NCBI GenBank assembly: GCA_030612025.1
Contig: JAUWOR010000001.1
Location: forward strand, 96,001-160,000
Direction of reading: 5' to 3'
DNA: 64,000 bases
From: Dehalococcoidia bacterium
GTDB lineage: Bacteria > Chloroflexota > Dehalococcoidia > GIF9 > AB-539-J10
The notes under the pieces are model-generated. The model was not told where the DNA came from and did no database searches. It saw only the letters and a program-made list of their open reading frames with translations. A program made the translations under genes and the position numbers. Of the stretch, positions 19,034 to 28,521 are shown one piece after another. Each line of letters opens with the position of its first letter. Positions within the stretch are counted from its first letter, which is position 1.

Positions 19034-19684
19034 ATGTTGATTTCAGAGCAAAAACCACTCGAGGAAATTTTGAGTTACCTTGATGGTGAAAGGAATATTT
19101 TTCTCATCGGCTGCAAAGGATGTGCTGAAGGCTGTGAGAGCGGTGGGGAGAAGCAAGTGCTGGAAATGAAGCACACCTTAGAGGGGCAAGGCAAAGCAAT
19201 TAGTGGTTTCTCAATTATCGATATGGTGTGCAATGAGACATTGACCAGGATGAAGTTAAAAACTCACCAGGAGGAGATGAAGGCTGCGGATTCGATTTTG
19301 GTGCTTACCTGTGGTACTGGGGTGCAAACAGTGGCAGGAGCGACAGATAAAGTTGTACATCCTGGCTGTAATACCTTATCCTCTGGCGGTGCCCATGCTG
19401 AATGGAAGGAAGCAGAGCGCTGTCTTGAGTGTGGTGACTGCGTGTTGGAATTCACCGGTGGCATCTGTCCCATTGCCAGATGCTCCAAGCATTTGCTTAA
19501 CGGCCCTTGTGGCGGCTCGCAAGGAGGCAAGTGTGAGGTTGATCCGAGCATTCCCTGCGCTTGGCAATTGATTATTGAGAGGTTAACTAAATTAGGGCAA
19601 CTTGACAAGCTGGAGAAGATTGTGGCACCGAAAAACTGGAGTGTAAGCCTTATTGCCGGTCCACCAGTAAAAAGGGGGCTCTAA
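19034..19684 (+). CDS. metV: Methylene-THF reductase MetV subunit (MTHFR C-terminal-like zinc/FeS protein)
   Basis: GCKGCAEGC, CGTGVQ, CLECGDC..TGGICPIARCSK.LLNGPCGG..GKCE...CAW. Confidence 0.88.
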   Translation: MLISEQKPLEEILSYLDGERNIFLIGCKGCAEGCESGGEKQVLEMKHTLEGQGKAISGFSIIDMVCNETLTRMKLKTHQEEMKAADSILVLTCGTGVQTVAGATDKVVHPGCNTLSSGGAHAEWKEAERCLECGDCVLEFTGGICPIARCSKHLLNGPCGGSQGGKCEVDPSIPCAWQLIIERLTKLGQLDKLEKIVAPKNWSVSLIAGPPVKRGL

Positions 19685-19709
19685 AAATTCGAAGACTTTT
19701 CAGGATCAA

Positions 19710-19850
19710 AGGGTGTTCAAAAATGTAGTACGAGGCTTTAGCCTCGTGCACGACCCTAAAGGGTCGCACTACGAGAATCTTGGAGGTGAAGAGTATTAAA
19801 ACTGGATGAGACAAATCCAGTTTTGAATCTGAGGCAAAATTAAACAGCCT
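19710..19850 (+). mobile_element. 141-bp MITE with internal REP doublet
   Basis: AGGGTGTTCAAAAA ... AATTAAACAGCCT termini; colinear with 29551-29691. Confidence 0.8.
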
Positions 19851-19871
19851 CGGGTCAAGTAAGGAGGTAGG

Positions 19872-20789
19872 ATGAAGACCAAGAGCAATTTGGAGAGGGT
19901 GCTTGAAGCTGGGCATTTCGCTGTCACTGGCGAAATAGGACCACCGCCAAGCGCCGACTCTGAGGTGATAAAGAGAAAAGCAAGAATACTCAAAGGTCAT
20001 GTTGATGCCTTTAATGTCACTGATGGTCAAACAGCCGTGGTGCGCATGTCAAGTTGGGCAGCTTGCCTTATAGGAAAAGAAGAAGGCTTAGACCCTATTG
20101 TTCAAATGACTTGTCGGGATAGAAATCGCATTGCCCTTCAGATGGATATATTAGGCGCGGCAGCATTAGGTATAAATAATATCTTGTGCCTCACTGGCGA
20201 CCACCAGAAATTCGGCAATCATCCTATGGCTAAAGGCGTCTTTGACCTCGATTCCATCCAATTCCTCAAAGTGGTAAAGGATATGAGGGATGAAAAGAAG
20301 TTCCAGTGTGGTGACGAGATGGCGGTTGAGCCAAACCTCTTCACAGGGGCAGCTGCCAATCCCTTCGCCGATCCCTTCGAGTTTAGAGTAATTCGTCTTG
20401 CCAAGAAAGTAGCCGCAGGGGCGGATTTCATTCAAACTCAGATCGTCTACAATATGGATAAGTTTGCCGAGTGGATGAAGCGCGTGCGCGATAGGGGATT
20501 ACATGAGAAGGTAAAAATCCTTGCCGGGGTTGCTCCGATAAAATCAGTAGGCGCGGCAAGGTATATGAAGACCAAAGTTCCTGGGATGGATGTCCCTGAT
20601 AGCATTATTGAACGCCTCCGTGGTGTGCCCAAAGAGCGAGTCTCAAAGGAAGGGATTAAGCTCTGTGTTGATATTATCAATCAGGTGCGCCAGATCGAAG
20701 GTGTAGCTGGTATTCATCTCATGGCTATTGAGTGGGAGGAGACTGTGCCTGAGATAATAGAGGCAGCGGGCCTTCTACCCCGCCCTTAA
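19872..20789 (+). CDS. metF: Methylenetetrahydrofolate reductase MetF (copy 1)
   Basis: EIGPP, NVTD, TCRDRNR, LCLTGD, VFDLDS, GADFIQTQ, GIHLM. Confidence 0.93.
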   Translation: MKTKSNLERVLEAGHFAVTGEIGPPPSADSEVIKRKARILKGHVDAFNVTDGQTAVVRMSSWAACLIGKEEGLDPIVQMTCRDRNRIALQMDILGAAALGINNILCLTGDHQKFGNHPMAKGVFDLDSIQFLKVVKDMRDEKKFQCGDEMAVEPNLFTGAAANPFADPFEFRVIRLAKKVAAGADFIQTQIVYNMDKFAEWMKRVRDRGLHEKVKILAGVAPIKSVGAARYMKTKVPGMDVPDSIIERLRGVPKERVSKEGIKLCVDIINQVRQIEGVAGIHLMAIEWEETVPEIIEAAGLLPRP

Positions 20790-21118
20790 TCTGGGCATAA
20801 ATGAAAAGCCCCCATTTATCATTTCAAATATGCCAGAGCAAGCTCACGAGCTTGCCTGTGAACAGTTGGCAAGTATAGATATAGAAGAGATATACAGCAA
20901 AACTGGTGCCCAATATATCATTTCGAGGAGCGAAGCGCCGGATGCCAGGAGTTGCTAGCCACTTTCCGGTGTTTTCCCAAAAGGCTATAAGGTCCTTTTT
21001 AAACCACTTCGGTAGAGAGTCTGAGTTGCTAACAGATGCTGCCGCCAAACCGGAGGCCGTAAGGCAAACTAGGCTGATGTATCCGAGAGCATTAACGCCT
21101 TCCACCAAGTACCTGTAA

Positions 21119-22066
21119 TTATTGCCTCCCCAATTCTTCAAGGGAAGTGCGAGGATAAAGACCACTAGCCTCACAGATCTCTGGAACAACTTCTTCCCAT
21201 TCAATAGCCATGATATGGATACCTGCTACCCCTTCTATTTCCTTCAGACTGTTTATGGTTTCCACGGCAATTTTTATCCCGTCCTTCCGCACTTGCTCCC
21301 TAGTAGTAGCCTTGCGAAGGCGCTCAATGAGCTCATCGGGAACGTCCACCCCAGAAAGCTTTGTCTTCATATATCTCGCTATGGCTACAGATTTTAGTGG
21401 AGTAATACCGGCAAGGATTTTTACTTTCTTGTGCAGTTCCCTCTCCCGAACCATTTCCATCCATCTTTCAAACTTCTTAATGTGATAAACACTTTGAGTT
21501 TGTATAAAGTCCGCCCCGGCAGCAACTTTCTCCCCGAGGCGAATCACTTCGTGCTCCGTGGGCTCGGCAAAGGGGCTTGTTACTGCCCCAATGAAAAGTC
21601 TTGGTTCTCTTCCAGCTATTAACTCCCCATTCTCAAACTTTTTTTCATCCCGGAGTCCTTTGACCATCCTGATAACTTGGATAGAATCGAGGTCGAAAAC
21701 GGATTTTGCCTCAGGGCAATTTCCAAAAGAAACAGGATCACCGGAGAGACAAAGTATGTTATTCACACCAAACGTGGAGATGCCCAAAATGTCCATCTGG
21801 AGAGCAATTCGATTTCTGTCACGACAAGTCATTTGCACTATGGGATCAAGCCCTTCTTGTTTCCCTATAAGGCAGGCTGCCCAGCTTGCCATCGCTACCA
21901 CCGCTGACTCTCCATCCGGAACATTAAAAGCATCAACATAGCCTTTAACAAGATTAGCTTTTTCCCTTATCACCTCGGGTTCCGTATTCCGAGGGGGACC
22001 GATTTGAGCAGTCACGGCAAAATATCCTGCTTCGAGTACCCTTTCTAGGTTGCTTTTCGTCTTCAC
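21119..22066 (-). CDS. metF: Methylenetetrahydrofolate reductase MetF (copy 2, convergent paralog)
   Basis: Same N-terminus MKTKSNLERVLEAG as copy 1; TCRDRNR, GADFIQTQ; GTG start. Confidence 0.92.
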   Translation of the reverse strand: MKTKSNLERVLEAGYFAVTAQIGPPRNTEPEVIREKANLVKGYVDAFNVPDGESAVVAMASWAACLIGKQEGLDPIVQMTCRDRNRIALQMDILGISTFGVNNILCLSGDPVSFGNCPEAKSVFDLDSIQVIRMVKGLRDEKKFENGELIAGREPRLFIGAVTSPFAEPTEHEVIRLGEKVAAGADFIQTQSVYHIKKFERWMEMVRERELHKKVKILAGITPLKSVAIARYMKTKLSGVDVPDELIERLRKATTREQVRKDGIKIAVETINSLKEIEGVAGIHIMAIEWEEVVPEICEASGLYPRTSLEELGRQ

Positions 22067-22167
22067 TTTGAACCCTCCAAGAGGGATTTTATCATAGTTT
22101 GCTGAAATTGCTACACCTTGTCACCAGATTTTTGGAAACGACTACACCATCAAGGTCGTTTAGCAAC

Positions 22168-22285
22168 CGCTCCTGTCATTCTGAGCGTAGCTAAGAAACT
22201 CACGCCGCTCAGGACAGGCTCCGCGAGGAATCTAGACCATTCGCTAGCCCCTTCTCTGCGCTCAGGGCTTCGGCTCAGGTGACAA
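22168..22285. repeat. Compound REP-like element (GTCATTCTGAGCG family)
   Basis: Similar to 4478-4590 (reverse complement) and 29425-29545. Confidence 0.7.
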
Positions 22286-22311
22286 AATAAACGCTCTCAC
22301 ACCATCAATGC

Positions 22312-22340
22312 TTGCAAAAATCTTTAGAAGTACTTATAAT
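22312..22340 (+). promoter_or_regulatory. Sigma70-type promoter for the kinase-hdr-met operon
   Basis: TTGCAA-17 nt-TATAAT, 12 nt before ATG 22353. Confidence 0.65.
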
Positions 22341-22352
22341 GTAAAACCCGAA

Positions 22353-23495
22353 ATGAAAGCAGTAGTCGAATTGGGCTCAGTTAAGGAAATATTAAAGCAT
22401 TCAGACTTGTTCCGGGGGCTGAGCAACGACGAACTGGATAAGTTGCTACCGCTTTGCCGAGAAGAGGTTTATGAAGCCGGGATAGTTATTTTCCCTGAAG
22501 GCACCCCATGCCATACTATGTATATCGTGGAATCAGGCAAGGTGGCTCTGGAAATGAATCTTCACATTAGTCGGGCGGTAGAGGAAAGTGCCACAATTCA
22601 CGTGGTAACTCAAGGTGGCTGCTTGTGTTGTTCAGGGCTCATAGATCCTTATATTCTTACTGCAACGGGCCGGAGTCTTGAGACAACCAAGGTTATTGCT
22701 TTAGACACGGCGGAGCTTAAAGGTTTGTTCGAAAACAACCCTGAAGTGGGATGTAGGACAATGAATAATCTCGCTAAGGTAGTTTCTTCAAGGCTTAAAC
22801 ACGCTAGGGAGACGATGGGACGCATTCTGTCTGTTATTTTCCATGACCTAAAAGCTCCCCTGGCTGCGGTGGAAAGCTATAATCGGCTCTTGCTCGGTGA
22901 GTTTGCCGGAGAATTAAATGAAGAGCAAAAAAACATAGTGCAAAGGAGTAGTAAGAGACTCTCTGAGCTGCTAAATTTAGTGAGTAACATAATTGATTTT
23001 TCCCGAATTGGTTTCGGGGACTTGAGAATGGAGAGAATTTCTCTGGCAAAAGTGATAGAAGATTGCCTTGAAGCTATGCATCCCCTAGCTGAGGGAAAGG
23101 GGTTGCAACTGGTTGCTGAAGTACCCCGAGAGCTTCCGGCTATTCTTGGAGTTCAAGAGCGGCTTAAACAGGTAGTTAGGAATTTGTTATCCAATGCCAT
23201 TAAGTTTACCCCCTCTGGAGGGGTGGTAACGGTTAAAGCAAAGGATGACATAGATTATGTAGAAGTGGAGGTGGCGGATACCGGAATTGGTATTCCAGCC
23301 AAGGAATTACCCAGGATATTTGACGGTTTTTATCGCGGTCTCGACATAGCTGAAAGGGGAGCTGGCTTAGGGCTTTCTATAACCAAGAGCATAGTTGAGG
23401 CTCACCATGGTAGAATATGGGCTGTGAGTCCCTGTCCGGAAAGCGGTAAGGGGAGCAAGTTTACCTTCATTTTGCCCAAGGATTTGAAAAGGTGA
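22353..23495 (+). CDS. Soluble sensor histidine kinase with N-terminal cNMP-binding (Crp-like) domain
   Basis: LFRGLS..EL...IFPEG..MYIVESGKV; H-box FHDLKAPL; NLLSNAIKF, DTGIGI, GAGLGL. Confidence 0.92.
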   Translation: MKAVVELGSVKEILKHSDLFRGLSNDELDKLLPLCREEVYEAGIVIFPEGTPCHTMYIVESGKVALEMNLHISRAVEESATIHVVTQGGCLCCSGLIDPYILTATGRSLETTKVIALDTAELKGLFENNPEVGCRTMNNLAKVVSSRLKHARETMGRILSVIFHDLKAPLAAVESYNRLLLGEFAGELNEEQKNIVQRSSKRLSELLNLVSNIIDFSRIGFGDLRMERISLAKVIEDCLEAMHPLAEGKGLQLVAEVPRELPAILGVQERLKQVVRNLLSNAIKFTPSGGVVTVKAKDDIDYVEVEVADTGIGIPAKELPRIFDGFYRGLDIAERGAGLGLSITKSIVEAHHGRIWAVSPCPESGKGSKFTFILPKDLKR

Positions 23496-23547
23496 GGAGA
23501 AGATTAAATAAGTTGCCCAACTAAAACCAGTCAGCGGAGTAAGGTAG

Positions 23548-23973
23548 ATGGCTAAGATTCTGATAGTAGATGATGACCCTGATATTCGAATAGCAATTAG
23601 TAGTGTGTTAAAGTCACGTTCCTACGAGGTAATTGAAGCTCGTGATGGAGAGGAAGCTCTAACCAGGCTAAAAGAACAAAAACCAGACTTAATGCTCTTA
23701 GATCTCCTGCTGCCAAAGATGGATGGCTTTGCTGTTGTCAAGGAACTGCAGAACACCCAGTGGAGTGAGTATCACAATATGCCCATTTTAATTATAAGCT
23801 CGGTGAGAGAGGAGGCCAGCCAACGCCGCTATGAGTTGGAAACTGGTCATCGACTCGGTGCTGAAGACTATATAGAAAAACCCATCGAGCCATTTGCCTT
23901 ACTTAAGCGCATAAAGAAGCTCTTATCGAAGGGAGGGGAAGATGCAGAAGCAAACCAAAATCCTCGTGATTGA
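23548..23973 (+). CDS. Single-domain response regulator (receiver only)
   Basis: ILIVDDD, LLDLLLPKMDG, YIEKP. Confidence 0.92.
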   Translation: MAKILIVDDDPDIRIAISSVLKSRSYEVIEARDGEEALTRLKEQKPDLMLLDLLLPKMDGFAVVKELQNTQWSEYHNMPILIISSVREEASQRRYELETGHRLGAEDYIEKPIEPFALLKRIKKLLSKGGEDAEANQNPRD

Positions 23974-24349
23974 CGATGACCCTGATTTACAGACAGTAGT
24001 GAAGAGCGTGCTTGAAAGCAAGTCCTATCAGGTGGTTGCTGCGCTTGATGGAAATGAAGGTTTGCGGAAGGTAGTGGATGAAAGGCCTGATTTAATTATC
24101 TTAGACGTGATAATGCCAGGTAAAAGTGGGTTCGAGGTTTGCCGAGAAATCAAGACTGATCCCAAATATTACTTCTTCTCTCACATTCCCGTGCTGATGC
24201 TAACTGTCTATCCTGATGATAGAGAAAAGATGCATCTCTCTATGCGAGAGGGGATGACAATGGAGGCAGAAGACTACCTACACAAGCCCTTCGATCCCAA
24301 AGAACTACTGAATCGAGTGGAGGAATTACTAAAAAAAGAAGCTAAATAG
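23942..24349 (+). CDS. Single-domain response regulator (receiver only)
   Basis: ILVIDDD, ILDVIMP, YLHKPF. Confidence 0.92.
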   Translation: MQKQTKILVIDDDPDLQTVVKSVLESKSYQVVAALDGNEGLRKVVDERPDLIILDVIMPGKSGFEVCREIKTDPKYYFFSHIPVLMLTVYPDDREKMHLSMREGMTMEAEDYLHKPFDPKELLNRVEELLKKEAK

Positions 24350-25593
24350 TGAATAAGTCTACTGTAGTTATTGGCGGTGGCATAAGTGGAATAACTTCAG
24401 CATTAGAATTAGCCAATAGCGGCTTTAGAGTATACTTAATCGAGAGAGAAGCAGCAATTGGAGGGCAAGCTGCTTCTTTTTGTTGTAAAGCAACGGAGGT
24501 TTGCACTAAATGCTCTGTCTGCCTTGTCCCCCAAAGCTTAGCTAAGGTGGCAGTCCACCCTCGAATCTCGATCTTGACCGACTCGATGGTGGCAGGGTTA
24601 AGCGGCGAAATCGGAGATTTTAAGGTCGAGGTGCTTCAAAAGCCTCAATACATTACCCCAGAAAGATGTATCGCTTGCGGAATATGTGCTGAGGTTTGTC
24701 CTACCGAGCCGAAGGCAATCCTTCCACCTTCTCCAGAGGCAATCCCTTATTGTTATGTCATCGATGAAAGGCTATGTCTTCGCCTCAGAGGTGAGAAGTG
24801 CAACCTCTGTCAGGGAATATGTCCCACGGACGCTATAGCCTTTGACCTTAAACCTGAAAGGCAAGAACTGAGTGTCGGCGCAATTATCGTCGCCACCGGC
24901 TTCGAAGTCTTTAACGCCCGAGAAATTGGCTCCCTGGGTTATGGTAGATATCCTAATGTCTTGACTGGCCTCGACCTGGAGAGGATTTTTAATCGTGAGG
25001 GCTATCTTAAACTTCCCACAAATGGAAAGGAGCCAAAAAACATTGCCTTCGTCCAATGTGTCGGCTCCAGAGACGAAAGTCATGGCTATTGCTCCCAGGT
25101 ATGCTGTAAGTACGCCATGAGGTTCGCTCGGCTTATTAAGTATCAAAATCCTGATGCCCAGGTGACTATCTTCTATATTGATCTTCAGACTGCCGGGAAG
25201 GGTTTTGCCCAGTTTTATCAGGAGTGTCGGGAAAGTATTCGATTTATCCGAGGAGTACCAGTTGAAATTTTACAGACCCCCTCCAGCGAACTTGAAGTGA
25301 GGTTTGAGAATATTTCAGAAGGAAAGGTTGAACGAGAAACCTTTGACCTGGTAACCCTTTCGGTAGGCATCGCCCCTAGGAAAGATTCCTGGGATTTGGC
25401 CAGGATTTTGGGAATAAATTTAGCAGACTATGGCTTCTTCGATACTAAGGAGCCTTTTAATTCCGTAGAGACCAATGTCGAGGGGATTTTCCTCGCCGGA
25501 ACTTGTCAAGGTCCCAAAGATATCCCTGATTCGATCGCTCATGGAATAGCAGCGGCAGAGAGGGTGATGGAGGTTTTAGAAAAATGCCAGTAA
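24349..25593 (+). CDS. HdrA/QmoA-like FAD/FeS protein
   Basis: GGGISG, two ferredoxin motifs, QCVGSRD..YCSQVCC, GIFLAGTCQGPKDI. Confidence 0.9.
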   Translation: MNKSTVVIGGGISGITSALELANSGFRVYLIEREAAIGGQAASFCCKATEVCTKCSVCLVPQSLAKVAVHPRISILTDSMVAGLSGEIGDFKVEVLQKPQYITPERCIACGICAEVCPTEPKAILPPSPEAIPYCYVIDERLCLRLRGEKCNLCQGICPTDAIAFDLKPERQELSVGAIIVATGFEVFNAREIGSLGYGRYPNVLTGLDLERIFNREGYLKLPTNGKEPKNIAFVQCVGSRDESHGYCSQVCCKYAMRFARLIKYQNPDAQVTIFYIDLQTAGKGFAQFYQECRESIRFIRGVPVEILQTPSSELEVRFENISEGKVERETFDLVTLSVGIAPRKDSWDLARILGINLADYGFFDTKEPFNSVETNVEGIFLAGTCQGPKDIPDSIAHGIAAAERVMEVLEKCQ

Positions 25594-27227
25594 AGCTAGG
25601 CATTTTCCTCTGCGATTGTGGAGGAAGTCTAAAGAATATAAATTCCCCCAAAATTAGGGAAGATTTAGGGAAACTCGAAGACGTCGCCTTTGTAGACATA
25701 AGCCATAATCTATGCCTCGAAGAAGGAGAGAAGGCGATAGCTTCAAGAATCCTGAGGGAAAACGTAAATAGAGTAGTAATCGCTGCTTGCTCACCAGAGT
25801 TATGTGAGGATAAATTTATGAGGCTTCTAGAAGGACTTGGGCTTAACCCTGATCTTCTTTCCATAGCAAATATAAGGGAGCAATGTTCCTGGGCTCATGA
25901 AGGGGATGTTACCGAGAAGGCGTTGGAACTCATAAGAATGGCTATAAATAAAGCTCGGTTGCTTCAGGGTGTGGAAAGAGGGCAGGTTCCAGTAAACAAA
26001 GAGGTTCTCGTGGTAGGCGGAGGATTCTCTGGGATGAAATCATCTCTTGAACTTTCCCAGCTTGGCATTAGGACAACTATAGTGGAAAGAGCGTCAACTT
26101 TGGGAGGGAAGCTTAAGGGGCTAGAAGGGTTTTACGGACTCAAGACAAGCCCGAATGAGATGTTTGGCTCGATGACAAGGGTGATAGAGGAAGATGAAAA
26201 CATCGAAGTTTTTACTTCTGCTGAGGTAGCAAGGGTGCAAGGGGAAGTAGGGGATTTCGCCGTAAGGATAAGAAGCGGGGAAAAGGAATCCTCCCAAAGC
26301 TTTGGGGCTATCATCTTTGCTACCGGATATAGAACTGAAATCTTACCTCAAGATTTTGAGCTTAAGCCCGGTGGTAACATTATCTCGCAGCAAAGGCTTG
26401 TCGAGATGCTTCAAGCTCCAGAGAAGTTAGCACGAAGACCCGAAACTATAGGTTTTGCCCTTGATTTCTCCGATGAAAATTCTCGTCTTCCTACGCTCTC
26501 CGCTCTGAAGAATGCTTTGGCAGTCAAAGACAAGCTAGGGAGCGAAGTCTACGTGTTCTGTAAGAATCTGAAGGTGGATAGTGAAGGGGCGGAGAAGCTT
26601 TACCGAGAAGCGAGGGACCGGGGAGTAGTGTTTTTGAAATTTGAAGAAAAACCACGGATATATGGGGAGGATAGTCGAATAAAGGTCGAGGCAAGGGATG
26701 TTCTTCTAGGTGAGGAGGTAACGCTCCTCTGTGACCTCTTGGTGGCTGAGGAAAAAGCTTTGCCCCCTGAAGGAACCAAAGCCCTAAGTTCTATGCTAAA
26801 CATAGAAACCGACTCCCAGGGTTTTTATCAAGACGAAAATGTGCATCTTTATCCCGTGGCATCAGGCAGGAAAGGGGTGTTTTTTGTTGGGGGTTGTCGA
26901 GGGAGCTTAGATCTCGGCCGAGCTTCAACCGATATCGCATCTGCTGTTGGGAGCGTTCATGAGCTTTTATCATCAGGGGAGGCAATGGTGGAGGTGGAGA
27001 AAGTGAAGGCGGATAGTCAAAAGTGCCGAGCCTGCCTCACTTGCATCCGCGTTTGCCCCCATGAAGCAATTCGGCTAGTCCGAGTGGACAGCGAAAGGTG
27101 GGTGGCCAAAATCTATGACCTTGCCTGCGATGGATGCGGTATTTGTGCCGCTATTTGCCCAGCAACGGCGATAAAGTTTGAAGGTTATAGTGATGAGCAA
27201 ATCCTGGCCGAAGTCGAGGCAATATAA
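25584..27227 (+). CDS. HdrA/QmoB-like FAD/FeS protein (divergent)
   Basis: GIFLCDCG, AACSP, NIREQCSWAH, VVGGG, C-terminal 2x[4Fe-4S]; lacks CVGSR/YCSxxCC. Confidence 0.85.
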   Translation: MPVKLGIFLCDCGGSLKNINSPKIREDLGKLEDVAFVDISHNLCLEEGEKAIASRILRENVNRVVIAACSPELCEDKFMRLLEGLGLNPDLLSIANIREQCSWAHEGDVTEKALELIRMAINKARLLQGVERGQVPVNKEVLVVGGGFSGMKSSLELSQLGIRTTIVERASTLGGKLKGLEGFYGLKTSPNEMFGSMTRVIEEDENIEVFTSAEVARVQGEVGDFAVRIRSGEKESSQSFGAIIFATGYRTEILPQDFELKPGGNIISQQRLVEMLQAPEKLARRPETIGFALDFSDENSRLPTLSALKNALAVKDKLGSEVYVFCKNLKVDSEGAEKLYREARDRGVVFLKFEEKPRIYGEDSRIKVEARDVLLGEEVTLLCDLLVAEEKALPPEGTKALSSMLNIETDSQGFYQDENVHLYPVASGRKGVFFVGGCRGSLDLGRASTDIASAVGSVHELLSSGEAMVEVEKVKADSQKCRACLTCIRVCPHEAIRLVRVDSERWVAKIYDLACDGCGICAAICPATAIKFEGYSDEQILAEVEAI

Positions 27228-27239
27228 TATATGGAGAAG

Positions 27240-27415
27240 CACTAAATACTAATAGAAAATCAAAAGGCAAAAGTAAAAATGCAAACTGACAAAGCAAAAT
27301 TTAAAAATCAGTTTAATAAAGCCTTTTTGCTTTTTTGAATTGTAATTTTGATTTTTTATCTTTGATTTTTGATATTGTTAGAATTTGCTTAGAGATTAGA
27401 ATTTAGGATTTAACT
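27240..27415. repeat. AT-rich heptamer-unit imperfect inverted repeat
   Basis: AATCAAAAGGCAAAAGTAAAAATG.. then TTTTGATTTTTTATCTTTGATTTTTGAT..; resembles 5859-5958. Confidence 0.65.
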
Positions 27416-27422
27416 TAAAGGT

Positions 27423-27815
27423 ATGACCAGAGAAAATAAAAAAATTATCGCTTTTTGCTGCGCTGAGTCAGCATATCGGGCAGCCAATAGAGCCGGGAGG
27501 CTCAGGATTCGCTACCCAGATAATGTAAGAGTCATTCGGGTCCCTTGTGCTGGAAGGGTGAGCGTGCTTCACATTCTCAAAGCTTTTGAAAAGGGCGCCG
27601 CTGGAGTGCTGGTGATGGGCTGTCAGGAAGGCGCTTGTCGCCATCTAACGGGCAACATTAGGGCAAAGGAAAGGGTAAAGTATGCCAAAGACTTGCTCAA
27701 AGAAGTAGGAATAAATGGACAGCGAGTAAAAATGGTCAATTTCGGCCCTGACATGGCTCAAAAATTCGCCCGTGAGATCGAGGAGATGGTGGAAAAAATT
27801 CACCCTGTGAAATAA
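27423..27815 (+). CDS. mvhD: MvhD/FlpD-like [2Fe-2S] subunit
   Basis: IIAFCC, RVPCAGRV, GADG-like GVLVMGC..GACRH..GN. Confidence 0.88.
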   Translation: MTRENKKIIAFCCAESAYRAANRAGRLRIRYPDNVRVIRVPCAGRVSVLHILKAFEKGAAGVLVMGCQEGACRHLTGNIRAKERVKYAKDLLKEVGINGQRVKMVNFGPDMAQKFAREIEEMVEKIHPVK

Positions 27816-27840
27816 TATTTCACGGGGTAAAGGAGGAAAA

Positions 27841-28503
27841 ATGATAATCGCCGCAAGGAAGCCTTTGGAGGAAATTAGAAATATGCTTGCTGGGTATAAA
27901 AGGATTCTGGTGGTGGGGTGTGGAACCTGTGTCACCATATGTTGGGCCGGTGGAGAGAAAGAGGTGGGAATACTTTCTTCCCAGCTTAGGCTTGCCTCAA
28001 GCAAAGATGGAAATGAACTTTCTGTCATGGAAGCGGTAGTCGAAAGACAATGCGAAAAAGAGATGGTGATTGAAGAACTTGGAGATAAAGTGCCCGGAGT
28101 GGAAGCGATTCTCTCTATGGGCTGTGGGGTTGGAGTGCAAACGATAGCTGAGGTATTTGAGGAAAAGCCCATCTTCCCAGCGCTTAACACCACATTCATG
28201 GGAATGCCCGAGGCAGAAGGAGTTTGGACTGAGAAATGTGGGGCTTGCGGAGATTGTCTGCTTTATTGGACTGGAGGGATCTGTCCGGTTGTACGCTGCG
28301 CTAAAGGGCTCCTCAACGGGCCTTGTGGTGGCACAAGGAAGGGTGGGAAATGCGAAATAGACCCAGAAAAGGATTGTGCCTGGGTTCTTATCTACCGAAG
28401 ACTGGAAAAACAGGGAAGGCTCAATCTGATGAGGAAGTATTATGAGCCTAAGAACTACCGGGCAGTGAAAAGGCCCGGGAAGATTGAAGCCTTGGAGGCT
28501 TAA
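27841..28503 (+). CDS. metV: MetV subunit (copy 2)
   Basis: GCGTCVTIC, RQCE, CGVGVQ, CGACGDC..TGGICPVVRCAKGLLNGPCGG. Confidence 0.9.
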   Translation: MIIAARKPLEEIRNMLAGYKRILVVGCGTCVTICWAGGEKEVGILSSQLRLASSKDGNELSVMEAVVERQCEKEMVIEELGDKVPGVEAILSMGCGVGVQTIAEVFEEKPIFPALNTTFMGMPEAEGVWTEKCGACGDCLLYWTGGICPVVRCAKGLLNGPCGGTRKGGKCEIDPEKDCAWVLIYRRLEKQGRLNLMRKYYEPKNYRAVKRPGKIEALEA

Positions 28504-28521
28504 ATCATAGGGGGTGCAAAA

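Noticed and set aside
20824-21204. ORFs between the convergent metF genes
   Set aside because: They overlap metF and a REP remnant (FRGAKRR) and show no RBS or motif.
24349-27815. Sulfate-reduction Qmo complex
   Set aside because: There is no aprAB, sat or qmoC in the window, and the context is metVF.
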